Source of the DNA: Phyllobates terribilis | Taxonomy: Eukaryota | Reading direction: 5' to 3' | Length of the DNA stretch: 64,000 nucleotides | Assembly (NCBI RefSeq): GCF_046119375.1 | Contig: NW_027362767.1 | Coordinates: 84,010,001-84,074,000 of the forward strand | Shown here: piece by piece, positions 36,153 through 47,518 of the stretch | How the letters are laid out: the number at the start of each line of letters is the position of its first letter | How positions within the stretch are numbered: the first letter of the stretch is position 1 | The notes under the pieces: generated by a model | What the model was told of the DNA's origin: nothing | What the model saw: only the letters and a program-made list of their open reading frames with translations | Database searches by the model: none | Position numbers and translations under genes: made by a program

Positions 36153-36532
36153 GGCTATGTTCACACGTTGCTTTTTTGCTGTGTTTTTTTTTTTTTTTTT
36201 AATGCAAATTTTAAGCTGCGTTTTACTGTACCAGTAAAAGCTGTGACATTTCAGAAATCTCATGTAATTTTTTTTTCCTGACTGAATTGGAAAACTGCTG
36301 CGTTTTTGCAGAATGCAGCATGTCACTTCTTTCAGCGTTATTCACCCGTAGAAAGCAATGGGTGCGTGCAAAAAACGCAGGAATCAGGTTTTGCTGCTTT
36401 TTTGGTGCAGAAACCTGAGGTAGTTGGATCATGTTTTTTATGCACTAAACTTCATCAGCAAACACAAAAGACAAATGTACCCTGAGAAAAACGCACCAAA
36501 GAAAAACAAAAACGCAACGTGTGAACACAGCC
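36153..36532. mobile_element. Harbinger/Tourist-like MITE
   Basis: TIRs GGCTATGTTCACACGTTGC / GCAACGTGTGAACACAGCC; 3-bp TSD TTA. Confidence 0.85.
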
Positions 36533-36989
36533 TTAATCTGTCTGGAACCATGGTTTCCAATTTAGTGACCCATTTTGTTTCTCTCTGGGCAAATACTTTT
36601 TTTGTTGTAATTACCACCATGAACGCGGCAGCGTAAAACATCCGGCCCACGTACCATAAATGATCTCGTATTCTTAGAGTCTACACAATACTGAGTCTCT
36701 GAATGTAGCCAGAGCTCCTGATGGAGTAATAGACTGAAAGGACCACAAAGATTCAGCAGTCCCCTGTAAGGATTCAGTAGTCCCATGTAAGTGCCTTTGG
36801 TCTCAGTCTTATTTGGACCTGCTCCAGCAGGCAGTGACACTGTGCTTGCACACAGTATTTCCCATGACCTAGGACGATCTCCTAATGAGACCATACAATG
36901 GGACTTTGCTCCAGAGCGCCCCCTCACAGGTCTCAGGTGGTCTGGGACACAGTAGGACACCACTAATAGATTTTTGGCCACACATACAG

Positions 36990-37189
36990 AACATCCAGGA
37001 ATAAGCGCCGCACTGTGAGGACCGTGCTGCAGCGCGCCCTCTTGTGGTAATATGAAAGAATGCAGCGTTCTCGCGATAGTTTCCGTCCCGGAACCAGCTG
37101 GTCCCTGTACGCTTCCTGCGTAGAGCCGCTGTTCCCTCCGGCCTCTGGTTTACGACGTTTGCGTGGCTGAGAGCGCAGCAGATAGCGCC
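36990..37189 (+). promoter_or_regulatory. CHURC1 CpG-rich promoter/5' UTR
   Basis: CpG-dense stretch directly before the ATG; TCTCGCGATA (37069-37078) is one mismatch from the TCTCGCGAGA (ZBTB33/BANP-type) promoter motif. Confidence 0.55.
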
Positions 37190-37228
37190 ATGTGTGGAGG
37201 CTGCGTGCAGCAGGAGTATCCGGACCGG
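37190..37228 (+). CDS. CHURC1: Churchill exon 1
   Basis: GCCATG context; MCGGCVQQEYPDR; 39 nt; donor |gtgagg. Confidence 0.92.
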
Positions 37229-38961
37229 GTGAGGAGGCGCTGCAGCAGCTGTGGTCGGAGAAGGAGTGATGGCCGCTGTGTGCAGCCCAAGAGAGGGAGG
37301 TGACGACCACCAGGGGGCTCCTCTAGTGCTGTGGTTGTCACTAGCTGGCAGGTTATACATGTCTGCTTCTCATATGGCTCAATGAGCAGTTTCATCACTT
37401 AGACATGTGGCGGTGGTCGTGGTTGGCGATCACCCTCATATTTGGCAGCCGTCGTGGTTTTGCCCATGTGGTTGGCGACAGTCGTGGTTGTCGCTCAGAG
37501 TGGTGCAACAAACATATTATTTTCCCCATGGAAATACTAAAAAACTAGACTCGTCTCATGGACCAGCACTGCACACCTCCCTCCATCAGCATCCTGCTGG
37601 GGCATCTGATCGGCTGCAGCGGTCACATTTCATCCAAGCCAAAGTAATGGTGCTGCAGAGCCAGCAGGTATGTGATTTGCATACACGCAGTCACATACCG
37701 ACTAGATGTGCGCAGCCTCGTCCAATGCAAGTGAATTGAGCAAGGTCGGGCACGTCTAGTCGGAATGTGTCAGGAATATACAAATCGCACACTTGTGGTC
37801 ACGTGCCCCAGCGTTGGCATTGGAGAATCCTGACAGTCTGTGTGCTGTGAGGATTCACAAGTCTGCAGTCACACAGAGTCTGGACAACCCTTTAGTAGTT
37901 AAAATCAGTCAGTAGCGCTGCAAAAAGTAGCTGTGCAGCCCAGCTGTAATGTGTGAGAGAAGCTAAGATTTTTTTCTTCTTTTGAGAAAAAACATCCAAT
38001 AAGGATTCTAAAAGCCGACACACGGACCAAAGAGGAGTCTAATATACTGATCAAAACAAACCACAGACTGGTTTCCACATGATATTCACATGTGATGCCA
38101 AATTTGTGACAGCAGATTTTTTTTTTTTTGTTTCCCAACAAAAAAAAAATCTGCAGTTTGTCTGTGAATGGGACTTGCTGTCAGTGAATTTTTGTGATTT
38201 GGCTATTTAAGAAAAAAAAGGCAGACAGGTCATGGTCTGTGATGGCAAAGGTTGGATTTTTGACAACTGTGGCATTAACTAACATGTGACCACATTAGAT
38301 GCCACATCTCATTATGCTCTTCTTGTCTGAGCACAGACTGGCCATGGGTCTAACACAGGCATGTCCAAAGTCCGGCCCGCGGGCCATTTGCGGCCCGCGG
38401 TCCGGACTAATAAGGCCCCCAGGTATCCAGCAGCATGTACCTTGCGGCCGCTGCCGCTCTCGTCGCCACCGCCGCTCAGTACTCCGGCGCAGGGAGAAGA
38501 GCCGAAATCTCGGACATCGCGAGATTTCGGCTTTCCTTCTCCCTGCGCCGGAGTACTGAGCGGCGGCAACCGGCCAGCCAAGATCTCGCGACGTGCGAGA
38601 TCTCCAGCCCCCAGGGGTTGTAAGACGTTCAGAGGTCAGATAGGCTGAAGACCTCAGCTTAGTTGTGTAAAATTATATAAATAATATATATATATTAAGT
38701 TATATATAAGTCCCTGCGCCACCTTACACCTCCAGAAAGGTTAGGCCAGCAGGGCTCTCACACAAGCTTGTGGTAGCAAGCTGTCATACCCTTCATTAAC
38801 CCCTGACTGCCTGTCACTGTGCTATAATTCCATTATCTGATGTGCGACTGTTGCACAGCTTGCTATTCTCTGCCTGTGTTATAAAGCATATAGCAGTATC
38901 TTATTTTTGCTGTTCCACCCTCTGCGCCTTTTAATCTCTCCCCTTCTGGCCAATTTTTTTA

Positions 38962-40782
38962 ATGGCAACTACAAATAAGAAACGAAAAGTTGACAGTGAG
39001 GGCCGCCGCTTCCAGGACAAGTGGAAAGTAGAATATTTTTTCACTGAAATAAAGAATCACTGTGTTTGTCTGATATGCCAAGAGACCGTTGCTGTTTATA
39101 AAGAATTTAATGTCAAGCGACACTATCAGACGAGACATAGCACATACGACAAGCTAACAGGGCACGACCGAAGTGAAAAGTATAAGCAACTTGAAGCTGT
39201 TTTATTGTCACAACAGCGATTTTTTACAAGAGCCCGTGAGTCAAATGAAAATGCCACAAAGGCGAGCTATGAGGTGGCAGCGTTAATTGCTAAAAATTGC
39301 AAATCTTTTGCAGAGGGTGACTTTATCAAAGAATGTGTTATGAAAATGGTAGAGAATGTCTGTCCCGAGAAGAAGCAAGAGTTTTCCAACATTTGCCTGG
39401 CTCGTAACACTGTAGCACGGAGAATTGAAGAAATTTCATCGGATATTAAGAGACAGTTAATGTCAAAAGGAGCTGATTTTGACTTCTTTTCAATAGCCTG
39501 TGATGAAAGCACGGACCTATCTGACACGGCTCAGTTGCTGATTTTTTTAAGAGGGGTGGACGATGAAATGAATGTGACTGAAGAGCTACTTGACCTCCAG
39601 AGCCTCAAGGATCAAACAAGAGGGAAAGATTTATTTGATTCTGTTAGTTCTGCCATAGATGACATGAAACTGCCTTGGAACAAAGTTACTGGGATTATTA
39701 CTGATGGGGCACCTGCCATGACTGGTGAACGAAGTGGATTATCAACCCTAATCTGTAACAAGGTGAGCGAAGAAGGAGGCAAAGCTATTAAACTTCATTG
39801 CATCATTCATCAACAAGTTCTCTGTGCTAAACATCTCCAATATGATCATGTTATGAAACCGGTACTAAAGACCATTAATTTTATCCGCTCTAAAGCCCTG
39901 TGCCACCGCCAGTTTAAACAGTTTCTACTGGATATCCAGGCTGAATATGAAGATGTTTCATATCATAACGATGTAAGATGGCTCAGTCGGGGGTCTGCAC
40001 TGCAACGTTTCTACTCTCTCAGAAAGGAAATAGGAGAATTCTTGGAAACAAAGGGACAAACGATGCGAGAACTATCTGATCCAATTTGGCTGGCTGATTT
40101 GGGGTTTCTAGTCGACCTAACAAAGCATCTGAATGTACTGAACATGAATCTTCAGGGCAAAGATGCAGCTGTGAACCAACTTTATTCACACCTCAAAGCC
40201 TTTGGAACAAAGCTGCAACTTTTCCTAAGGCAGTTGTCACAAACACCGCCCAATACCATCCATTTTTCAGCGCTACAGGAAATAATTAACAGTTTTCCAC
40301 ACGATGATATCCATGCGCAAATAAGCAGGTATGCAGCAGACATCACATCTCTGGCTGGGGAGTTTCAACGGCGCTTTCAAGATTTTGCAGCTATTGAAAA
40401 GGAGATCAGCATTTTCTCCTCTCCATTCTCTGTTGACCCCGACAATGCTCCTGATCAGTTGCAGCTCGAGCTCATTGAGCTACATTGTGACAGCGAGTTA
40501 CGCAGTCGTCATCAACAGCTCTCTCTTGTTAACTTTTACCGCCAACTGGATAAGAGCCGGTTTCAAGAGATTCGAACATTGGCTAAGAAAACCCTGAGCT
40601 TGTTTGGCTCAACATATTTGTGTGAGAAGACATTCTCTGTTATGAACTTTAACAAGAACCGCGTGAGGACAAGACTAAGTGACTCTCACCTGCGTGACAT
40701 TTTGCGCATCAAAACCACGGCCATTGAACCAGACCTAGTCTATGTGCTGCAGTCCAGATCCCAGTTTCACCCTTCACATTAG
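38962..40782 (+). CDS. hAT transposase, 606 aa (GTF2IRD2/Buster-like)
   Basis: N-terminal BED-type CxxC...HxxxxH; catalytic D (ACDESTD), D (ITDGA) and E (YLCEKTFS); CxxH (CIIH) and RW motifs; no stops or frameshifts. Confidence 0.95.
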   Translation: MATTNKKRKVDSEGRRFQDKWKVEYFFTEIKNHCVCLICQETVAVYKEFNVKRHYQTRHSTYDKLTGHDRSEKYKQLEAVLLSQQRFFTRARESNENATKASYEVAALIAKNCKSFAEGDFIKECVMKMVENVCPEKKQEFSNICLARNTVARRIEEISSDIKRQLMSKGADFDFFSIACDESTDLSDTAQLLIFLRGVDDEMNVTEELLDLQSLKDQTRGKDLFDSVSSAIDDMKLPWNKVTGIITDGAPAMTGERSGLSTLICNKVSEEGGKAIKLHCIIHQQVLCAKHLQYDHVMKPVLKTINFIRSKALCHRQFKQFLLDIQAEYEDVSYHNDVRWLSRGSALQRFYSLRKEIGEFLETKGQTMRELSDPIWLADLGFLVDLTKHLNVLNMNLQGKDAAVNQLYSHLKAFGTKLQLFLRQLSQTPPNTIHFSALQEIINSFPHDDIHAQISRYAADITSLAGEFQRRFQDFAAIEKEISIFSSPFSVDPDNAPDQLQLELIELHCDSELRSRHQQLSLVNFYRQLDKSRFQEIRTLAKKTLSLFGSTYLCEKTFSVMNFNKNRVRTRLSDSHLRDILRIKTTAIEPDLVYVLQSRSQFHPSH

Positions 40783-41000
40783 TGCAGGCTAGTTTCTTTT
40801 TTTTAATTGAGATTAATATGTTGTAAAATCTCAATTAATGTCAGTTGGATAGACAGTTATATATTTGAACACATGTATACTTGCTGTTATGTTCCTGTTC
40901 ACATTTTTTGAACTTATAAGTTGACAGACAACCTTACATTACTTTGTGTAATGTACTTTAAAATGTTCCTGAGATACCTCAGTTTCCTGTTTTTATTATA

Positions 41001-41413
41001 TTAAAGGGGTTGTCCAAGTTCAGAACCCAGACATACCCCCTTTTTCACCCAGGCAGCCCCCCTGCCATGGGCATCAAAGCATCTCATGCTCCGATGTGCT
41101 CCCTTGCCCTGTGCTATTTACAATGACACACTGCCGGTAGGAGGCTTCACCGGCTCTAATGTGCAGGCTTTAGCGCTGCTCTAGCTGGTTTACTGGTGAT
41201 AAAGCCCGCCCATCAGTGCCGGTGACGTCACTGGGCTTTCTGCCAGCCCCGTGGAGAGCCGGGTATGTCACTAGAACTCCAGAAAATGCCTTTCCTCTGC
41301 GCAATTTAGTGCAGGGCAAAAGTAGGACATTGGAGCATAAACTGCTTCGATGCTCAAGTCGGGGAGGGGCTTCCTGGGTGAGAATGGGGGTATGTCTGGG
41401 TTAACCCCTTTAA
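41001..41413. mobile_element. TTAA-type MITE nested in the hAT 3' region
   Basis: TTAAAGGGGTTG...AACCCCTTTAA with inner arms CCCAGACATACCCC / GGGGTATGTCTGGG. Confidence 0.85.
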
Positions 41414-41943
41414 GGCAGATTGATTAAACACCTGTTTAGATTTGTCATCCAAGTCACAAAATAAAAAGTATGCCGTTTTCAATAAACTTTGCAAAAAAAG
41501 TTTATTTGCATTCATTTTAATGGTCCAAAGAATGTCAAGCAAAATGATCGGCCCTCGCACATGTTCACTTCATCAAATTTGGCACTCTTAGAAAAAAGTT
41601 TGGACACCCCTGGTCTAACAGAAATATGAGGGGCCTTTAACCTCGGGCCTTTACCCTCAGGCTCAGCCAGGCTCCATGAGCTTTGAAGGAACCAAAGTCA
41701 CCCTGCATGGCTCTAGTCTGTTGTAGGAATACTAGCCAGGCCCACCTTTCTTTATAGGTACTGACAGGGGTGATTATGGCCTGCTTAAGTTTGGGGGTCT
41801 TTTTGAGGGTCTCTTTGGATTGGCTTAAGAGCTGTGAATGATGTTACTTTTGGCTCAATCACTGACTTCACCATATGCAGCAGTGTAGATATTCCTATAT
41901 AGCCCCTCTATGCCCTGATATATGTCTGCTCGCTTATATTTAG

Positions 41944-42079
41944 GGGAACACGTGTTTGGAGACCGGATCCTTTCTGTTGAATTATGTAAGTTGTGCAAAG
42001 TGCAACACGCGAGACTTTGTGCTCATCGCCAATAAAACGGCGGATGACGAGGATGGAGAAGAGATCATCACGTACGATC
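41944..42079 (+). CDS. CHURC1: Churchill exon 2
   Basis: tttag|...|gtaagt; 136 nt; [45 protein letters not shown](H). Confidence 0.95.
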
Positions 42080-42374
42080 GTAAGTGTTCCTGATGACTTC
42101 TGTCTTCTATGCTCAGTGGGCAGCGTGCTATGGGCAGGACCTTTTAGGTATAGGGATTATTCTGTAAATATTTCTGCCATTGGGAAACTGTGTGTGTGTG
42201 GGAGGGGGGGGAGGGGGGGGAGGGGGGGGGCGGATAAACTTATTCTACATCATGGGATCTCACAAATGAATCATTGAAGTTGAGCGCTGACGCCATGATA
42301 TAAGTGACCGCTCTGATGATCAAAATTCTTGAAATGTTGAAATTGAATAAAATAACTCTTGATTTTGTTTGCAG

Positions 42375-42445
42375 ATATGTGCAAAAATTGCCACCATGTG
42401 ATTGCCAAGCATGAGTATACCTTCAGCGTGGTGGATGAATATCAG
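42375..42445 (+). CDS. CHURC1: Churchill exon 3
   Basis: ttgcag|...|gtacgg; 71 nt; (H)[23 protein letters not shown]. Confidence 0.95.
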
Positions 42446-43444
42446 GTACGGAGTGTATTTTTTATCCAAAGCTTTTCATCAGGGACTGTGATATTCATTT
42501 ATTCACAGGATAGGTCATAAATGTCTGGTCAGTGGGTCCCACATGTCTGATCACCCCCACAATCACTAGGACAAGGGTCCCGGGCCGCCTGATCGTCCTT
42601 AGGCTATGTTCACACCAAGGTTTATGAAACATTCCAAAACAACGAGTTTTTCAAGTAGAAACCTCTTAAGTAAATGCTTCTCAGGGTATGTGCCGAGGCT
42701 TTCCTAGGCGAAACCCCTCCAGGAAAAAGACTGCTGACCAGCGGCTTCTCTGACACTTTCATCATAGGTTTTGCAGCAGTTCTGACATCCATGTCTTTTT
42801 TTTTTTTTTTTTTTCTAGAATCTAAATTCTAACTAGCGAGTGACTTCTTTTAGCTGCTTCACTTTTTCCAAACCCTGAAGTGGTTAAAAGTAGTAACATT
42901 TTATATTTTTCAGGGAGATTTCACTCACAATCCACCTGAAAAAACTGATGCAAAAAAAAAACAACAAAAAACCTAACTTAATGCACTGTTAATTTTTATT
43001 TTTTTTTTTGCATAAGTTTTTCAGGTGGATTTTGAATGAACTCTCCCTGAAAAATACATTGTGTGCACATAGTCTTAGAGGTTTTTACCCTGAAAGCATT
43101 TTTTTGCAGCCTTTTGATTGGACAGTGCCTAGTTTGCAAAGGATTTTCATCAGAATCATCTTCAAAGAAGTAACATGAAACTTTTTTTTTCCATTGGGCG
43201 CTTTTCAAACTTATTTAGAAATATAAAAAAAATCCTGATATGAACAGCAAATGGGATTTCCCATAGAAATGAATAGGAAGAGTTTTGCAAGAATTTTTTG
43301 GGTAGGATTTTAGAGGAGATCCACTCTACATCTATCACCTATCCCAGCTTATTATTGAGATGTCAGTTGTGTATTAATATGGATGAATTGATGAAATGTT
43401 CTGCTGGGCACCGCTGCAATGATTGTGTCTCTGCTTTGTTTCAG

Positions 43445-43537
43445 GAGTACACCATGCTCTGCATGCTCTGCGGCAGAGCAGAAGACTCTGTTAGTGTTCT
43501 GCCCGATGACCCACGACAGATGGCTCCACTCTTCTAG
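43445..43537 (+). CDS. CHURC1: Churchill exon 4 (stop TAG)
   Basis: tttcag|GAG; [30 protein letters not shown]; the four exons total 339 nt = 112 aa. Candidate poly(A) signals ATTAAA 43593 and AATAAA 43825. Confidence 0.96.
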   Translation, partial: EYTMLCMLCGRAEDSVSVLPDDPRQMAPLF

Positions 43538-45140
43538 AGAGAATTTATCTGCGGAGTTTTATATTCCTTTATTGTGTTTTTGTTCTGATTGTATTAAAGA
43601 ATAATTAATTGTACTGAATTTGACTTTTCACCGAGCCAGGATTTCTCAACCTTTTCGTTTTGAGGCACCCCTATTTACAAAAAAAAAAAAAAAAAATGTA
43701 TATATCATTTTTTTTTTTTACCTCGTAATATTCTTTAACAGTTTTTTTTTTTTTCGAAACTGAAAAAAGCAAAGTACTTTTATATCTCTGTATCGGAACA
43801 ATTGTTCATATTTGTAAGCAGAATAATAAAATAATGAACATGATGAGATAACAAATGTCAAGCATAACCCCTTGCCAACCTATGAAGTACATTTCCATCA
43901 TGGGTCGATAAGGAAAGTATGAAGCCGGCATAGGAGCTGAATCTGCTTCATACCAAGTAGGTGCTGGCTGTGTTACATAGTCGGCATATGCCTGTAACTG
44001 AAGTGGGCAGAGCTTGCTCCAATCGCTCCAGTTTTACCACTTAAATGCCACTGACAAACCATCTCTGAAAGTGCCATTTAAATAACACCACTGCCAGTGT
44101 GCTTATGGGCTTCCATTGGCTCCCCGCAAAGTGAACGTGGGGTAACAGTGGGCTATCATGGCATATTGGTCTTCCTGTTAAGCTCAGTCCAAGGCTGAGC
44201 TTCACAGGAGGACCACAATTTCCCTATACACTTTCAATACAGTAAATAAGATCGAACAATCGCAGGTTCAAGTTCTCTAAGAGGACTAAATAATACAATA
44301 TATAAATTTTGAATTTTACCCTTTTTCCTCCATTAAAAAACAAACATGTTTGTTATCATTGATTCCCAAAAAATCTAATTTCTATATATAAAAAAAAAGA
44401 TTGAAAAAAAAAATCTAACTGCCAGAAATGACTCTTTCAGTCACCTTATTTCCACACAAAAAAATAAAATAAACGTCTGTTCAGTGGGCCAAATAGCAAG
44501 TGCCATGGATGAAAAAGTAAAGTTACGGGCTTCAGAAAATAAAGACACAGTAATTGTACTGACGTGGAGAATCATGTTGTCAGGTAATTTTTCATGCACA
44601 ATGGACAAAGTAAAAAAAAACAAAACTAAAAATGTGATGAAATTAGTTTTTTTTTAACCCCTTTAAAGCCCAAGACGTATTAATACGCGTCAGTGCCCTG
44701 GGCTTTAAGAGCCTGACCCGTATTAATACGTCATTGCGATCGCCGCCGGGTGTCAGCTGATTGTCACAGCTGACACCCGGTACTATGTGCATCCGCACCG
44801 CTCCCGGCACATTAACCCCCGCAATGCTGCAATCGAAGTCGATCGCAGCATTGCAGTGGCAAGGGGAGGTGATTGCAATACTCACCTCCTCTTCCGGCCT
44901 CCAACGCTGTCTGCCGCGGCTTCCCGGATGTTGCCATGACGACCCGATGTCGTCATGACAACATCCGGGTCACCAGACAGCAGGAAGATTCTTTGGTTAT
45001 GTGCAGTGCATGACCAAACTATCTTCTCCCTGTGCAACGCTGACAGCCTGTATAGCACAGGGATGGTGCTCCATTCCTGTGCTATGCAGGTGATCAGAAT
45101 AAAAAAAGTGAAAGTCCCATAGTGGGACAAAGTATAAAAT

Positions 45141-47518
45141 AGTGACCACAACATGCTACAATTCCACATGTGCTTCAGTAGGGTGCCCAGCAAGGGAGTC
45201 ACAAAAACACTGAACTTCAGGAGGGCAAAGTTTGATCAGCTAAGAGATGCCCTTCACCTTATAGACTGGGATAGTATCTTTAGTAATAGGAGCACGGATA
45301 GAAAATGGGAAATTTTCAAAACAGTCCTACATAGTCACTGTAGAAGGTACATACCTTATGGGAATAAAAGGGCTAGGAATAGGAGGAAGCCAATGTGGCT
45401 AAATAAGGAAGTCAAGAGGGCAACGAAAAACAAAAAAAGGGCTTTCGGTAAACTTAAACAAGAAGGCAGCGGGGAAGCGCTAATATCTTATAGGGAAAAA
45501 AACAAAATCTGTAAGAAACAAATAAGAATAGCAAAAGAGGAGACAGAGAGACTAATTGCCAAGGAAAGTAAAACGAATCCCAAACTGTTCTTTAACTATA
45601 TAAACAGTAAAAGGATTAAAACTGATGGAGTTGGCCCATTGAAAAATAACCTGGGTAAAATCATAGAGGGCGATGAGAGTAAAGCAAACCTACTCAATAG
45701 CTTCTTCTCCACTGTTTTCACAAAAGAAAACAATTTATCGGAGGAAATGCAGAGTGATAAAGTAAACCCTCCGCTAAATATCACCCACCTAACCCAGGAG
45801 GAAGTTCAGAAACGCCTAAATAATATCAAAATAGACAAGTCACCAGGCCCAGATGACATACACCCCCGGGTACTAAAAGAATTAAGTAATGTGAAAGACA
45901 GACCGCTGTATCTTATATTCAAGCACTCTTTATGGACAGGGTCTGTCCCACTAGACTGGCGCCAAGCAAATGTGGTACCAATATTCAAAAAGGGGTCTAA
46001 AAGTGACCCTGGGAACTATAGACCAGTCAGCTTAACGTCTGTTGTGGGTAAATTGTTTGAAGGATTTCTTAGAGATGCTATTGTAGAATATATTAATGAT
46101 AATAACTGTCTAACTCCATATCAACATGGATTCATGAGGGATCGCTCCTGCCAAACAAACCTGATGGCCTTCTACGAGGAGGTGAGCTCACAGCTGGACC
46201 GGGGAGAGTCAGTGGATGTTGTATACCTTGACTTCTCCAAAGCGTTTGATACCGTGCCACACAAAAGGTTGGTATATAAAATGAGAATGCTTGGTCTGGG
46301 GGATAATGTGTGCAAGTGGGTAAATAGCTGGCTGAGTGATAGAAAGCAGAGGGTGGTTATCAATGGAGTAAGCTCAGGGTGTGTCAGGGTTACTAGCGGG
46401 GTGCCTCAAGGGTCTGTCTTGGGCCCTATATTATTTCATATATTTATTAATGATCTAGTGGAAGGGTTGCATAGTAAAATAGCAATATTTGCAGATGATA
46501 CTAAACTTTGTAAAGTAGTTAATACAGATGAGGATAGGGCACAGCTACAGGAGACTTTAGATAAATTGGGGAGTTGGGCCAAAAAATGGCAAATGGGGTT
46601 CAATGCCGATAAATGTAAGGTCATGCACATGGGAAAGAAAAACAGCAGTCACCCATACATATTAAATGGGAAACCGTTGGGGAAATCTGACATGGAGAAG
46701 GACCTGGGCGTCTTGGTTAATAGCAAATTAAATTGGAGTGCCCAGTGTCAGGCAGCAGCTGCGAAGGCAAATAGAGTCATGGCATGCATCAGAAGAGGAA
46801 TAGGGGTATATGATGAGAACATTGTTCTTCCTCTGTATAAAGCGCTGGTAAGGCCGCACTTAGAATATTGTGCACAGTTCTGGGCTCCGGTGCTCAGGAA
46901 AGACATATTGGAGCTAGAGAGGGTACAAAGGAGAGCGACTAAGGTAATAAAGGGAATGGAGGGACTAGAATACCCAGAGAGGTTGTCAAAATTAGGCCTA
47001 TTTACGTTAGAAAAGAGAAGGCTTAGGGGAGACCTCATAGACATGTATAAATACATCAGGGGGCAGTACAGAGATCTCTCCCATGACCTGTTTATACCAA
47101 GGATGGTGGCAAAGACGAGGGGGCACACTATGCGTCTGGAGGAAAGGAGGTTCCTGCACCAGCATAGAAGGGGATTCTTTACGGTCAGAGCCGTGAGACT
47201 CTGGAACTCTCTGGGAGAGGAAGTGGTGATGTTCAACTCACTTAATGAGTTCAAGAGAGGCCTGGACGCCTTTCTTGAGAACAATAAAATTACATCTTAT
47301 GCTTAGTTAATTAATCCAGGAATTTAATCTGACTGCCAGATTGGTGTCGGGAAGTAAATTTTTCCTCAATGATGTAAATTGGCCTATAACGCATGTTTTT
47401 TTGTTGCCTTCCCCTGGATCAACGCTGCGGAATAGCTGCAGTGCACAAGAAATAGGCTGAACTGGATGGACGCTTGTCTTTTTTCGGCCTTATAAACTAT
47501 GTAAATTATGTAAACTAT
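45141..47518 (+). mobile_element. 5'-truncated CR1 LINE
   Basis: Begins at the SDHN motif that ends the endonuclease domain, runs through RT and the 3' UTR, and ends in short AAACTATGT-type repeats; possible TATAAAA TSD/microhomology. Confidence 0.9.
45153..47306 (+). CDS. CR1 ORF2 C-terminal 717 aa (reverse transcriptase), uninterrupted
   Basis: KSPGPDDIHP, NYRPVSLTS, QHGF, YLDFSKAFDTVPH, GVPQGSVLGP and FADD motifs. Confidence 0.9.
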   Translation: MLQFHMCFSRVPSKGVTKTLNFRRAKFDQLRDALHLIDWDSIFSNRSTDRKWEIFKTVLHSHCRRYIPYGNKRARNRRKPMWLNKEVKRATKNKKRAFGKLKQEGSGEALISYREKNKICKKQIRIAKEETERLIAKESKTNPKLFFNYINSKRIKTDGVGPLKNNLGKIIEGDESKANLLNSFFSTVFTKENNLSEEMQSDKVNPPLNITHLTQEEVQKRLNNIKIDKSPGPDDIHPRVLKELSNVKDRPLYLIFKHSLWTGSVPLDWRQANVVPIFKKGSKSDPGNYRPVSLTSVVGKLFEGFLRDAIVEYINDNNCLTPYQHGFMRDRSCQTNLMAFYEEVSSQLDRGESVDVVYLDFSKAFDTVPHKRLVYKMRMLGLGDNVCKWVNSWLSDRKQRVVINGVSSGCVRVTSGVPQGSVLGPILFHIFINDLVEGLHSKIAIFADDTKLCKVVNTDEDRAQLQETLDKLGSWAKKWQMGFNADKCKVMHMGKKNSSHPYILNGKPLGKSDMEKDLGVLVNSKLNWSAQCQAAAAKANRVMACIRRGIGVYDENIVLPLYKALVRPHLEYCAQFWAPVLRKDILELERVQRRATKVIKGMEGLEYPERLSKLGLFTLEKRRLRGDLIDMYKYIRGQYRDLSHDLFIPRMVAKTRGHTMRLEERRFLHQHRRGFFTVRAVRLWNSLGEEVVMFNSLNEFKRGLDAFLENNKITSYA

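Larger units (their letters stand above)
38356..41612 (+). mobile_element. Autonomous hAT transposon (Buster/Charlie group) in CHURC1 intron 1
   Basis: TIRs CAGGCATGTCCAAA / TTTGGACACCCCTG; perfect 8-bp TSD GTCTAACA (38348-38355 and 41613-41620); intact transposase ORF. Confidence 0.96.

Noticed and set aside
46748-47284. 178-aa antisense ORF (and similar ORFs antisense to hAT, DIRS and Gypsy genes)
   Set aside because: Shadow ORFs opposite real transposon coding sequence, with no independent motifs.
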